Below are positions 33,792 to 43,613 of a stretch of DNA of 64,000 nucleotides, piece after piece (the first letter of the stretch is position 1; every line of letters begins with the position of its first letter). Location: assembly GCA_035546615.1 (NCBI GenBank), contig DASZWM010000006.1, forward strand, positions 128,001 to 192,000. The letters are read 5' to 3'. The notes under the pieces are model-generated. The model did no database searches. It was not told the DNA's origin and was given only the letters and a program-made list of their open reading frames with translations. The translations under genes were made by a program, and so were the position numbers. The DNA comes from Minisyncoccota bacterium. GTDB taxonomy: Bacteria > Patescibacteriota > Minisyncoccia > Phycocordibacterales > SBAW01.

Positions 33792-35063
33792 TTAAAGCGC
33801 CGGCAGGTACGACAGCGGATTGAGATACGCGTTAAGCGGCACTATGGGAATGAATGCGGTGGCTCCGCTGTTGCAGGTGTACTGCTTGAAGGTGACGGCG
33901 CTGGCGATATACACGGTCAGGTGCAGGTGCGGGCCGGTGGCGTAGCCCGTGTCGCCCGAGTAGCCGAGCAGGCTCCCCGTATCGACCCGCTGGCCCTTGG
34001 CGACGGCGATGTTCGAAAGATGCGCGTAGAGGGTCGAGAGGCCGTTGTCATGGCGCACAAGCACCCACTTGCCGTACTGGCAGTACTTCACCGCGCCCTG
34101 ATTTATCTCCTGCACGGTGCCCGAAAGCGCGGCTTTGACCGGCGTGCCTATGGATGCTCCGAAGTCTACGCCGTTGTGCCCCTGCCCGCTGTAGGCGCCC
34201 GATTGCGCGAAGGCGGTGTTGCCGAAGTACTGCGTGATGCGGATGCTATCAAGCGGCCAGGCAAGTATTCCCTTCTGCGGCGCCGGCGCGCTGCCGGTGT
34301 CCGCGGGGCCCAGGCCCTGCGCGAGCTTGATGAGCGCGGCCTCGAAGCTCGCCTCTTCCGCCTGCTTCTGCGCGATAAGCGCCTGGTACGCGCTTTCCTT
34401 GCTCTTGGTCTGCTCGAGCAGGGTGCTCTGCTGGGTTTTTGCCAGCGTGAGGCCCTGCTTCTGCTGGCCGAGGTTGCTGTTGAGGCTTGATAGCTCCTTG
34501 CGCTTGCTCTCCGCCGCGCTCTTGTTCACTTCAAGATCGGTCTTCAGGCCCGCGAGCGTGTGGATATGCTCCTGCAGTCCCGTGCGCACGGCCTCAAGCG
34601 TCGCCGCGTCGTCGAAGAACGACGACAGCGTGCCGTTGCCCAGGAGCGTCATGAGGAACGGCTGGTAATCAAGCGTCTGGAGCTCGCGCAAAGAATCCGC
34701 CACCTGCGTCTGCGATTCGGCGATGCGCTGGGCGGTGGTCTGTATGGTGCCCGAGAGCTGGCCTATCTCGCCGTCCTTCTGCTTTATCTGCGTCTGGGTC
34801 AGCGTGATGCTCTTAGTCAGCTTCTGGATATTGAGGTTGAGCGCGTTGATGGCGTTCTGGAGCGTCTGTTTCTGCTCGGTGGTTGCGTTGAGGTCTTTCT
34901 GAAGCGCGGCTATCTCGTCGCGCAGCTTGGCTATCTGGGCGTTGCTCGCGTCTATCTGCGCCTGGACTTCCTCGTTGGTATCGGCGTGGATGTAGGATAT
35001 CCCCCCGCCCATGATGGCGAGCGCAAAAAATCCCGCCGCAATAGCCTTCCCAGCCTGTCGCAT
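33792..35063 (-). CDS. M23-family peptidoglycan metalloendopeptidase with an N-terminal coiled-coil (EnvC-like)
   Basis: Long Gln/Ala-rich coiled coil, then HNGVDFGA...GYSGDTGYATGPHLHLTV (HxxxD and HxH motifs). Confidence 0.88.
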   Translation of the reverse strand: MRQAGKAIAAGFFALAIMGGGISYIHADTNEEVQAQIDASNAQIAKLRDEIAALQKDLNATTEQKQTLQNAINALNLNIQKLTKSITLTQTQIKQKDGEIGQLSGTIQTTAQRIAESQTQVADSLRELQTLDYQPFLMTLLGNGTLSSFFDDAATLEAVRTGLQEHIHTLAGLKTDLEVNKSAAESKRKELSSLNSNLGQQKQGLTLAKTQQSTLLEQTKSKESAYQALIAQKQAEEASFEAALIKLAQGLGPADTGSAPAPQKGILAWPLDSIRITQYFGNTAFAQSGAYSGQGHNGVDFGASIGTPVKAALSGTVQEINQGAVKYCQYGKWVLVRHDNGLSTLYAHLSNIAVAKGQRVDTGSLLGYSGDTGYATGPHLHLTVYIASAVTFKQYTCNSGATAFIPIVPLNAYLNPLSYLPAL

Positions 35064-35067
35064 CCGC

Positions 35068-36402
35068 TTATTTTACCACAGAGAGCGCTTTGGTAAGCCG
35101 GGCCAGGGTTTTTTCACGCCCAAGCAGGCCCGCGAGCGTAAACGGATCGGGCGATTTCTCCTTTCCTGAAAGCGCTACGCGCATGGGCCAGAGCGCGGCG
35201 CTCCTTCCGACTTCGGTCGCATACGGAAATACCGCTTCCTTGACCGCTTCGGCCGTGAACGATTCGTCGCCCATGCCTGAAAGCGTCTCGATGACCTTTT
35301 CCAAATGCTTAGAAACGTCCGCGGCCTCAGCCTTCGCTCCCTGAAGCAATAATTCTTTCGTCGGGGCGGGTTCGGTATCAAGAAAATCAAACTCATTCTT
35401 GAGCATCTCCGCCGCCTCGCCAAGCGTCTGCGCCCGGTCCTTTATCAAAGGCGCCAAAGCCGGGATATCCCGCCCTCCGGCATATTCTGGACTTCGTAAG
35501 TCCAGATATTTCTTCAGTTGGTCGGCAAAGGCTTCGTTTGACAGGCGCTTCAAGTACTCCTGGTTGAACCATTTGAGCTTTACCTCGTCGAATATGCCGC
35601 TCCCCTTCTGGATGCGCTCGAGGCTGAATGCCTGCACTAGCTCGTCCACGCTGAATAGTTCCTGCTCCCCTTCCGGGTGCCAGCCCAGGAGCGCGAGATA
35701 GTTGATGAGCGCCTCCGGAAGGTATCCTTCGTCGCGATACTGGGTCAATGCTTTGGCGCCGCGGCGCTTGGAAAGCTTGGTGCGGTCCGGCCCGAGCACC
35801 AGCGGCAAGTGCGCGTAGGTCGGAATAGGCAGGCCGAGCGCCTGCATGATAAGTATCTGGCGCGGGGTGTTGGAGATATGGTCTTCGCCGCGCACGACGT
35901 GCGTCACGCCCTCGTCGGCATCATCCACCACGACCGCGAAGTGGAACACCGGCTCGGTCTCCGAGCGCGCAATGACAAAATCGCCTAGGTCGGTCGTGTC
36001 CACGGTTATAGGCCCGCGGATAACATCGGTAAAAGTGAGTGTCGTCTTCGGATTTCGAAAGCGTATGACCTCCGCACGCTGGCCGGGCTCCTTCGGCTCT
36101 TCTTTCGATACGTACGCGAGGTCCTTGGCGATAAGCTCTTTCAAAAGCGCCTGGTGGCGCGGCGCGTTCTCGCTCTGGCGGTAGAACTTGTCGTGCTTGA
36201 GGCCAAGCCACTGAAGCGTCTCCAGAATATTGTCCTCGTACTCCTTCTTGGAGCGCTCGCGGTCGGTGTCCTCGATGCGCACGATAAACTCGCCCCCGGT
36301 CTTCTTGGCGTACAGGTACGCAAATACTGCCGTGCGGTAATTGCCGCCGTGGAGCAAGCCCGTGGGACTGGGTGCGAACCGGGTTACGACCCTCTGTGTC
36401 AT
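35068..36402 (-). CDS. gltX: Glutamyl-tRNA synthetase
   Basis: HIGH region PSPTGLLHGGN; KMSKS-like LSKRRGA. TGGTAGTAT extended -10 6 nt upstream of the ATG (36409-36417 on the minus strand). Confidence 0.92.
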   Translation of the reverse strand: MTQRVVTRFAPSPTGLLHGGNYRTAVFAYLYAKKTGGEFIVRIEDTDRERSKKEYEDNILETLQWLGLKHDKFYRQSENAPRHQALLKELIAKDLAYVSKEEPKEPGQRAEVIRFRNPKTTLTFTDVIRGPITVDTTDLGDFVIARSETEPVFHFAVVVDDADEGVTHVVRGEDHISNTPRQILIMQALGLPIPTYAHLPLVLGPDRTKLSKRRGAKALTQYRDEGYLPEALINYLALLGWHPEGEQELFSVDELVQAFSLERIQKGSGIFDEVKLKWFNQEYLKRLSNEAFADQLKKYLDLRSPEYAGGRDIPALAPLIKDRAQTLGEAAEMLKNEFDFLDTEPAPTKELLLQGAKAEAADVSKHLEKVIETLSGMGDESFTAEAVKEAVFPYATEVGRSAALWPMRVALSGKEKSPDPFTLAGLLGREKTLARLTKALSVVK

Positions 36403-36450
36403 ACGAAGATACTACCAAAAAAAGCCTTATATAGCTTGGCAGCTACTGTA

Positions 36451-36479
36451 TTGACAAGTATAGTATTTGGGTGTATAAT
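36451..36479 (+). promoter_or_regulatory. Perfect-consensus sigma-70 promoter TTGACA-N17-TATAAT with the palindrome GGAACGGTTCC at the predicted transcription start
   Basis: -35 at 36451-36456, -10 at 36474-36479; inverted repeat at 36485-36495. Confidence 0.6.
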
Positions 36480-36513
36480 AGTTAGGAACGGTTCCGAAAC
36501 TAAACCCTCGAAT

Positions 36514-36819
36514 ATGGAGGCTGTCTTGAACGGCAAGATATATAAGGACTCTGCTGATTTCACAACGGCCATGAAGGCGGCCGCGTGGGAAACGCAAATG
36601 ATCTGGCGCGGTGCAGGCAAGCGGCGCAAGTTCAATTCTGCGGCAACCGCCGCGATACAGTTGAATCTTACCGATAGCATCGCCGTGCGCGGACTCAACG
36701 AGGAGATCGTTAAGAGCCTCCGCGCTCTTGCGTTCGATGAGCCAGACAGCGTGACGACGGACGTGGAAGTCGGTCATGCTTGGGGCGCTTATTGCCAACG
36801 CGTTCAGCAGACTGCCTGA
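36514..36819 (+). CDS. Hypothetical protein (101 aa)
   Basis: ATG 27 nt downstream of the predicted start; MEAVLNGKIYKDSADFTTAMKAAAWETQMIW.... The track's longer ORF (36154-) is antisense to gltX. Confidence 0.5.
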   Translation: MEAVLNGKIYKDSADFTTAMKAAAWETQMIWRGAGKRRKFNSAATAAIQLNLTDSIAVRGLNEEIVKSLRALAFDEPDSVTTDVEVGHAWGAYCQRVQQTA

Positions 36820-36882
36820 ACCAGTTCGAACCCCGACAGTTGTTTGCTCACGCAAACGCTGCCGGGGCTTTCGTTTTTATAC

Positions 36883-38013
36883 CTACGCTTCGTGGCTTAA
36901 GGAGATATCTATCAGCGCATTTGCTATCGTTTTTGCGGCGTCGGGGCGGCCGAAGTTCCTTGCGGCTTCGGACATGCTGTGGACGAGGTCGGGCTTGCTT
37001 AAAATGCGGTCAACTTCCGCTACCAAAAGGCCGGGCGTGAGATTATTCTGCTCCACCACCACCGCGGCGCCCGTGCGCGCGTAGGCGAAGGCATTGCGCG
37101 TTTGGTGGTCCTGCGCGGAACCCTCAAGCGGCACCAGTATGGACGGCAAGCCCCAGGCGGCTATTTCGAATATGCCGCCGGCTCCCGCGCGGGAAATGAC
37201 AAGCGACGATACGCCCGCCGCCATGCGTATGGCGAGGTCGTTGAGGTACGCGAATGGCTTGTACCGCTCCGGGTACGCGGAGTTCTGAAGCGCGATGCGC
37301 GAGCGGCCCTCCACCTCGGTAAAGTTCGCCTGGCCGGTCTGGTGGAGCACCTGGTACTTCTCAACCAGATGCGGAATTGCCCCTAGCACCACCTCGTTGA
37401 GCGCCATGGCCCCTTGCGAGCCCCCAACGATGAATATGGTCGGCAGCTCCCGCTTGAGCTTGAGGAACTCGTGCGCGCCTTCGCGAAGCGGAATGAGCGC
37501 CCCCTTGCGGATGGGGTTGCCGGTGTAGGCCACTTTGTCCTTGGGGAAATACTGCGCGGCCTCCTCGAACGACACTGCTATTTTCTCAGCGAATTTGCCT
37601 GCCCAGCGGTTGACGCGGCTCGGCTCGATGTCGGTGGCATAAATAACGACCGGAATGCGGAAGAGCCTGGCGGCGAACAGGGTCGGGAACGACGCTCCCC
37701 CGCCGGTGCCGAATACGACGTCAGGATACAAAAAGAAGATGCGGAAGACCGACTTCGTAATGCCCCACGCGGTCTTAAAGAAGTCGATGAAGTTGAGGAT
37801 GGAGAAATAGCGGCGCATCTTGCCGGCCGAAGTGGGCACGAAGGTAATGGCGTTGGCGATGAGCATCTCGCGATCAAACGGCTCGGGAGCGGCGTAGTAC
37901 AGCTGCGGCTCCAGGAGCTTGCGCTCGCGCACGAGGTCGCTGATGGCCTCGGCCACCGCGATGATGGGGTAAAAGTGCCCGCCCGAGCCGCCCCCTGTAA
38001 ATAAAATCTTCAT
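36883..38013 (-). CDS. murG: Undecaprenyldiphospho-muramoylpentapeptide beta-N-acetylglucosaminyltransferase MurG
   Basis: MKILFTGGGSGGHFYPIIAVAEAI and the C-terminal GT-B fold region. Confidence 0.92.
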   Translation of the reverse strand: MKILFTGGGSGGHFYPIIAVAEAISDLVRERKLLEPQLYYAAPEPFDREMLIANAITFVPTSAGKMRRYFSILNFIDFFKTAWGITKSVFRIFFLYPDVVFGTGGGASFPTLFAARLFRIPVVIYATDIEPSRVNRWAGKFAEKIAVSFEEAAQYFPKDKVAYTGNPIRKGALIPLREGAHEFLKLKRELPTIFIVGGSQGAMALNEVVLGAIPHLVEKYQVLHQTGQANFTEVEGRSRIALQNSAYPERYKPFAYLNDLAIRMAAGVSSLVISRAGAGGIFEIAAWGLPSILVPLEGSAQDHQTRNAFAYARTGAAVVVEQNNLTPGLLVAEVDRILSKPDLVHSMSEAARNFGRPDAAKTIANALIDISLSHEA

Positions 38014-38019
38014 AGTGGT

Positions 38020-39126
38020 TTAAGCCGTGTGCCGCATCCTTCTGGACACGCTTAGTATAACGCCCGCTTCGGCCAGCGCCATGGCGAGCGCCGTGCCGCC
38101 GTGGGAGACGAATATAAGCGGCACGCCGACAAGCGGCACGAGGCCAAGGGTAGAGGCGATATTAAAGAAAGACTGTCCCACCATTAGGACCACAAGTCCG
38201 ACTACCAAAAGGCCGCCGAAGGGGTCCGGCGCGCGCGCGGCGATGCGCAGGCCGAGCAGGCCAAGCGTCAGAAACAGTCCCACTAAGAGGACGCTGCCGA
38301 CAAAACCGAACTCCTCGCCTGCCACGGCGAATATTGAGTCGCCCACCGGCTCGGGAAGGTAGGAAAATTTCTGGATGCTTTGGCCCAGTCCTTTGCCGAC
38401 AAATCCGCCCGAGCCTACCGCAATAAGCGACTGCTGTATCTGCCAGCCCGCGCCCTTCGGGTCCTGCGACTGGTTAAGGAATGTCTCGATGCGCTCGGAG
38501 ACGTGCGGGTACACCATCGCCGCTCCGGCTATCGCGGCGACTCCTATGAGCGCGAGCAGGCCCAGATGCATGACGCGTCCTCCTGCGGCGAACAGCACGC
38601 TCACTGACGCGGCGCCTATCATGACCACGCCAGCGGTGTTCGGCTGTGCCAGAAGGATGAGCGCCGCCGGGCCCGCAATGGCCAGAAGCGGAAGGATGCC
38701 GCCCTTGATAGTTTGGACCGCCTTCATGCGTCCGGCATACCATGCGGCGAGCATGGCGACGGTCGCAAGCTTAAGTATCTCTTCCGGCTGGAATGAGACG
38801 GGTCCCAGGTCTATCCACCTTGAGGCGCCTTTAAGCTCTAGCCCGATGTGCGGTACGAAGGTAAGGAGCGTCAGGCCGATGGCGAATGCGAAGAAATGCG
38901 GCGTGTACGGCCGCCAAGCGCGGTAATCGAGCCGGGAAATGACGAAGCACGCGACCGAGCCGCAGATGAGGCCCAGAAGCAGCTGGCTTACCGCCACGGA
39001 AGAGAATGAAGCGCCGTTTCGCGCGAGAAGGCCGAGCGCGGCGGAAGTGAATATAAGCAGGCCGAAGGCGACTATCGCGCATAGCACGAGCAGGAACGGC
39101 GTATCGGGGGACTTTTTCGTACTCAT
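38020..39126 (-). CDS. ftsW: SEDS-family peptidoglycan glycosyltransferase FtsW/RodA
   Basis: ~10 TM helices; conserved GDSIFAVAGEEFGFVGS region. Confidence 0.9.
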   Translation of the reverse strand: MSTKKSPDTPFLLVLCAIVAFGLLIFTSAALGLLARNGASFSSVAVSQLLLGLICGSVACFVISRLDYRAWRPYTPHFFAFAIGLTLLTFVPHIGLELKGASRWIDLGPVSFQPEEILKLATVAMLAAWYAGRMKAVQTIKGGILPLLAIAGPAALILLAQPNTAGVVMIGAASVSVLFAAGGRVMHLGLLALIGVAAIAGAAMVYPHVSERIETFLNQSQDPKGAGWQIQQSLIAVGSGGFVGKGLGQSIQKFSYLPEPVGDSIFAVAGEEFGFVGSVLLVGLFLTLGLLGLRIAARAPDPFGGLLVVGLVVLMVGQSFFNIASTLGLVPLVGVPLIFVSHGGTALAMALAEAGVILSVSRRMRHTA

Positions 39127-39132
39127 GATGAC

Positions 39133-40185
39133 CTACAGCAGCGCTATCGCCATGCCGACGATGCCGCACACGATGCCCACAACCCAGTAGCGCATGGTCA
39201 CCTTGTAGGGCGGCCAGCCTATCGCCTCGAAATGGTGGTGGAGCGGCGCGACACGCAGGAGTTTGCGATGCAGGAGCTTCTTGCTTGCTATCTGGGCAAG
39301 CACCGACAGCACGGTTACCACCAGTAAGAATGCGATAATGGGAAGCGCCAAAAGGCCGCGGCCGAGGCCGTGCAGGTCGGTAAGGAACACGATTACGACG
39401 AGCGCTAGCGTAAGCCCCATCGTGCCGGTTTCCGACATATAGAACCGGGCGGGGGGAATGTTGAACCACAAGAACGCCAGCAAGGCTCCCACGATAGCAG
39501 CGCACAGCGCCGCAATATTGAATTGCCCCTGAAAGAATGCGATGCCCGCGTACGCGGCGAATATGCTGCCGTACACGCCTCCCGAAAGCCCGTCGATGCC
39601 GTCTATGACCGCGCCCGCATACAAGGACAGCGCCACCAGCATAAAGAACGGGATAAACAGGATGCCGAGATCAAGCGGTCCGGAGATGAACGGGAACGAA
39701 ATGGCCGACACGCCGAGCTTGGAGTAGAACCACCACGCGGAAAGGAAGGAAACGAGCGCCACGACCCCCAGGCGCATGCGAAGCGGTATCCCGCGATGCC
39801 CGCGCACCTCATAGAGGTCGTCGATAAAGCCGACCAGCGCGCCTGCCGCGAGCGCCGCCAGAGGCAGCCACGTTTCCGCGCGGCTAATGAAGGCGAAGTT
39901 GCCGAACGTGTCCGGCATAAGCGCGGCCAGCGCGGCGAAGATTCCCGCGGTTACAAGCACGCTCCCCCACACCAGGATGCCGCCTGCGCGCGGGGTGCCG
40001 GTCTCGCGCTTCTCGTGCAGCTTGTTGAAGGTTTCTGCGGGCGTGCCGTCGAGCGACACTTTGTTCGCGCCGGCCTTCCAGAATTTATATTTGTACAGGA
40101 AATGGCTGAGGGTCGGCGTGGCCGCGATGCCCAGCACGAATGCGGCTGTCGCGGGCAAAAATATGCGCATGATGTCGAGTGTCAT
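39133..40185 (-). CDS. mraY: Phospho-N-acetylmuramoyl-pentapeptide transferase MraY
   Basis: MraY motifs (DDLYE..., IDGIDGLSGG, HHHFE). Confidence 0.93.
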   Translation of the reverse strand: MTLDIMRIFLPATAAFVLGIAATPTLSHFLYKYKFWKAGANKVSLDGTPAETFNKLHEKRETGTPRAGGILVWGSVLVTAGIFAALAALMPDTFGNFAFISRAETWLPLAALAAGALVGFIDDLYEVRGHRGIPLRMRLGVVALVSFLSAWWFYSKLGVSAISFPFISGPLDLGILFIPFFMLVALSLYAGAVIDGIDGLSGGVYGSIFAAYAGIAFFQGQFNIAALCAAIVGALLAFLWFNIPPARFYMSETGTMGLTLALVVIVFLTDLHGLGRGLLALPIIAFLLVVTVLSVLAQIASKKLLHRKLLRVAPLHHHFEAIGWPPYKVTMRYWVVGIVCGIVGMAIALL

Positions 40186-41093
40186 AACGAGGGTTGAGGG
40201 TGCGCTGCGGCGGCGCGGCGTGCCGCTTCTATCAAAGCCTTCACGTCCTCGAACCGCCCGTCGCGGCTGGAGCCCAGGACGGCAATGATGATGGGATGGC
40301 CGATATGGATATCGAATGCGGCGACCAGGTTGCCGCCCGCCAGATCAGTGTACCCCGTTTTGGCGGCTATAAGCCCGGGGATGCTCTGGAGCGGTACCGA
40401 CGTAGAGTCCGCCGTCAGCACGTGCTCGCCGGAGCGGATGGTTACCGACGGATTGGCTGTGGCCTCGAACAAGCCCGGATGCTCGCTCAGGAACGAGGCG
40501 ACAAGCACTGCCATGTCGCGCGCCGAGCCGTACGCACCGGCGGTCTCGAGGTCCACATCAAGGCCGGTCGGATTGCTGAAATAGGTGCGGGTAAGGCCCA
40601 GCTGGGCCGCGCGGAGGTTCATGGCGGCGATGGCTCCCCCGGGCACCGCATCAGCCGCAGCGGCCATCGCGTCGTTGCTCGAAGCGACAAGGCCGAACAC
40701 GAGCAGGTCGTGAATGTTCCACGTTTCGCCCGGGATAAAGCCCCAGTCCCCTTCGGGCTTGAGGTCGTCGGTCGTAATGGTTACTTGCGCGCCGGGCTTG
40801 GCAGCCGCAAGCACCGCCTCCGCCGACATGAGCTTGGTAAGGGACGCGAGCGGCAAAGGCGCATCCGCGTTCTTGGCATAGAGCATCTTCTTGTCGGTCG
40901 GATCGTACACGACGGCCGCCTTGGCGCTGATATCCACCGAATCGAGGCTCATCACGGTAGTGGCAGGCAAGGTGGGGAGGGTCGGATACAAAGGGTTCCC
41001 GCTGGCGTAGAGGCCGGTCAGCACAACGGCGCACACGAGGCTGGCGCCCGCAAGCGTATACAGTACCGCGGTGCTGTCAGGCATTTGTTTCAT
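40182..41093 (-). CDS. D-alanyl-D-alanine carboxypeptidase (S11, PBP5-like)
   Basis: SxxK (ASLTKLM), SxN (SSND), KTG (KTGYT); N-terminal anchor. Confidence 0.85.
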   Translation of the reverse strand: MKQMPDSTAVLYTLAGASLVCAVVLTGLYASGNPLYPTLPTLPATTVMSLDSVDISAKAAVVYDPTDKKMLYAKNADAPLPLASLTKLMSAEAVLAAAKPGAQVTITTDDLKPEGDWGFIPGETWNIHDLLVFGLVASSNDAMAAAADAVPGGAIAAMNLRAAQLGLTRTYFSNPTGLDVDLETAGAYGSARDMAVLVASFLSEHPGLFEATANPSVTIRSGEHVLTADSTSVPLQSIPGLIAAKTGYTDLAGGNLVAAFDIHIGHPIIIAVLGSSRDGRFEDVKALIEAARRAAAAHPQPSL

Positions 41094-41646
41094 TGTTCTG
41101 GCTTTCTTTCAGGCGGTACGCGGCTTCAAGTTCCGCAAGCTTGCCGCGCACGATCTCGAACTCGGGCAATTCGTCGCGATGCTCCACGCCCAGCTGGGAC
41201 AGAAGCTCCGTGGTCGGTTCGTAAAGCCATTGACGCGCATCCTTGGGGTTCTCTATCTTGCGGACGAGCCCGCGCATAAGGAGCGTGCGGAGCGTCTGGC
41301 TTGAATTCACGCCGCGGATGAAATCGATTTCCGAGCGCGTAAGCGGCCCGCGATAGAGTATTGCCGACAAAGCTTCCAGGCCCGCGCGGCCGATATCGCG
41401 GCTGAGCTCCTCCTTGCGGACTTCTTCGACAAGGGCCGAGGTTTCCGGCGAGGCGCGCAGCTCCAGCGTTGTTCCGTCGTCAACGCACACGATGCCGCCG
41501 CTCCTAGCCTCGCGCAGATGCCGTATCGCAAGCTCAAGCTCGTCGCTCGTACATGTAAGCTTGGCTATAAGCTCTTTACGCGCTATAGGGCCGCCAAGGG
41601 CGAACAACAGCGCCTCTATCTTGTTGGATAGTTCCTGATCATTCAT
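41077..41646 (-). CDS. scpB: Segregation and condensation protein B
   Basis: ScpB winged-helix repeats (IEALLFALGGPI...LEALSAILYRGPLTRSEIDFIRGVNSSQTLRTLLMRGLV). Confidence 0.9.
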   Translation of the reverse strand: MNDQELSNKIEALLFALGGPIARKELIAKLTCTSDELELAIRHLREARSGGIVCVDDGTTLELRASPETSALVEEVRKEELSRDIGRAGLEALSAILYRGPLTRSEIDFIRGVNSSQTLRTLLMRGLVRKIENPKDARQWLYEPTTELLSQLGVEHRDELPEFEIVRGKLAELEAAYRLKESQNNETNA

Positions 41647-42355
41647 ACGTCGGTGTCGAAACCTGGTCGGATTGCAGCTGAATATCGCCGAACTCTTTCT
41701 CCTGGCTTGCCATGATTATACCCTGCTTTACCAGCTCCAAAAGGGCCAAAAAGCCCACTATTATCTCGCCTTTTTCCCTTTTGCCGGCGAACTCGCGGAA
41801 CGACAGCCGCATGGCCGAGGAGATGCGCTTGGAGAGGCTCTCTATCATGTCCTCCAGCGACATTATTTTCTTTACCTCCACTTTCGGAAGCGCGGCAAGC
41901 TGCGGGAAGCCCTGGATGAGCACCTGCGCGGCGGCTCTGAGCGACTCTTTTGTAACGGAGTCATCCGGCAGGAACATGGGCTCCGGCGCCTGCGGCGTGC
42001 CTTCCCAGAGCATTGGGCCGTTAAACGACTGCCTGAGTCCTTTGGCGGAGTCTTTAAGCAATTGGTAAACCGCAAGGCGGTACTGAAGCTCCTTGATGTC
42101 GCGCTCCTCGTCGCCCGATAGTTCAAGATTCGGCAGAAGCGAGCGGGATTTGATGAGGAGCAGTGTAGCCGCGAGCGAAACGAACTGCGCCGTCTCGCCG
42201 ACGGGTAGCGTTTCCATCGCATTGACGCTCGCAATGTACTCGTCCGCTACTTGTGCCAAAGAAATATCGTTTATGAGGAGCTTGCGCTTCTCGATAAGCT
42301 CGAGCAACAGGTCCAGCGGACCTTCATACACGGGAGTTTTGACGTTCAGAGGCAT
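41639..42355 (-). CDS. scpA: Segregation and condensation protein A (kleisin)
   Basis: VYEGPLDLLLELIEKRKLLINDISLAQVADEY... canonical ScpA N-terminus. Confidence 0.9.
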   Translation of the reverse strand: MPLNVKTPVYEGPLDLLLELIEKRKLLINDISLAQVADEYIASVNAMETLPVGETAQFVSLAATLLLIKSRSLLPNLELSGDEERDIKELQYRLAVYQLLKDSAKGLRQSFNGPMLWEGTPQAPEPMFLPDDSVTKESLRAAAQVLIQGFPQLAALPKVEVKKIMSLEDMIESLSKRISSAMRLSFREFAGKREKGEIIVGFLALLELVKQGIIMASQEKEFGDIQLQSDQVSTPTYE

Positions 42356-43581
42356 TACAGTGTGAACTGCCCGTTATCGTAGATAACTTTCTGCGTGCCG
42401 TCGGTCAGATGCGCGGTAACGCGGCGTTTCGTAGTTGTGATGATATCGGTATGCACCGAAGAATCGTTATAGCCCAGCGCCGCCGACTGCTTTTTAGTGA
42501 GTTTGCTCACGTCGCCGGTGTAGGTGTCTTCATAGGCGGAACCCAACGCGATGTGCGAATTGCCCTGCGGGCCGCCCATGTTCTCGTCGAACAGGGTCTC
42601 GGCCATGAACTTCGTGATGCGCGAGTGGCGGCGGTCGGTCATCGAGAACTCGCCGATGCGGTCGGCACCGGGCGTGCGTATCATTTCGTGCAGGAGCTTC
42701 TGGCCGGTCTTGGCGCGGCTCTTTACGACCCTGCCGTTTTTGAACCATAGCTCGATGCCGGTTATCTTGCTGCCGTAGCGGTAGAGCGGCTGGTTGAATC
42801 GTATCCAGCCGCTGGTCCCCCGCCAGTCGGGAGAAGTGAATATCTCAAAGCTCGGAATGTTTGCGCCGCGGCCGGAAAGCCATTTGCGGCTTTCGCCCAG
42901 CGTAATCCAAAGGTCGGCGTCTTCCCCTTCTATATGCAGGCGGTCTATTTTCGGCGAGAGGTCGTTGAGCTTCTTGTTGTACTTATGGATGTCCTTATAT
43001 ACGTCGTTCCACTTTTTTATAGGGTCCTTCTCATCAAGAAAGCATGCCTGGATTATCTCGTGCCAGTACTCTTGTATGGAAAGCCCCGCTTCTTTGGCCA
43101 TACCCTCGGTGCCATAGAGCGCGATGGACCAGGACAGCTTGCCCTGATTCTCCTTGTCGCGGCGCCAGTCCATGAACTGCTTCATGGCCTTGCCCCGGCG
43201 CATAATCTTCTTCGGATCTACGTTCTTGAGCGCCTGAGAATCCACATCGGCCAGGATAAAAAGGATATGGTCCATCTGATCTACAAGCCCTTTAAAGTAG
43301 TGCGCCGGAAAAAAGTCGAGCTGGTGGTCCTTCGCGCGCTCAAAAAAATCGGCGCTGAAGTTGTACCGGTCGTCGCCGTTTGGCTGGTAGAGCATGATGG
43401 TGTGCCCTCCCGCCTCAAGCACCGCATTGCGCACCGCGATAAAAAGCGGACGGCATGATTCCATGCCGTTTATGCAAACCACGTCGCCTTTCTTGATTCC
43501 CCTGCCGTGGCCCAGAGCGAAATTCACCAGCACGTCCGCGTAGCGCTTTAGGACCACCGGACTAGGCGTATACCCCTTCAT
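42355..43581 (-). CDS. Aminopeptidase, M29 family (AmpS/PepS-like)
   Basis: M29 thermophilic metalloprotease pattern and size (408 aa). TAAAAT hexamer 8 nt upstream of the ATG. Confidence 0.8.
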   Translation of the reverse strand: MKGYTPSPVVLKRYADVLVNFALGHGRGIKKGDVVCINGMESCRPLFIAVRNAVLEAGGHTIMLYQPNGDDRYNFSADFFERAKDHQLDFFPAHYFKGLVDQMDHILFILADVDSQALKNVDPKKIMRRGKAMKQFMDWRRDKENQGKLSWSIALYGTEGMAKEAGLSIQEYWHEIIQACFLDEKDPIKKWNDVYKDIHKYNKKLNDLSPKIDRLHIEGEDADLWITLGESRKWLSGRGANIPSFEIFTSPDWRGTSGWIRFNQPLYRYGSKITGIELWFKNGRVVKSRAKTGQKLLHEMIRTPGADRIGEFSMTDRRHSRITKFMAETLFDENMGGPQGNSHIALGSAYEDTYTGDVSKLTKKQSAALGYNDSSVHTDIITTTKRRVTAHLTDGTQKVIYDNGQFTL

Positions 43582-43613
43582 ATGGGCCCATTTTAGCGCA
43601 AATACAGGCTATT

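Noticed and set aside
33780-34490. 236-aa plus-strand ORF
   Set aside because: Antisense to the M23 peptidase gene.
36154-36513. 5' portion of the 221-aa plus-strand ORF
   Set aside because: Antisense to gltX. The real gene begins at ATG 36514, downstream of a perfect TTGACA-N17-TATAAT promoter.
39523-41279. Plus-strand ORFs 39523-40197 and 40194-41279
   Set aside because: Antisense to mraY and the dacA-like gene.
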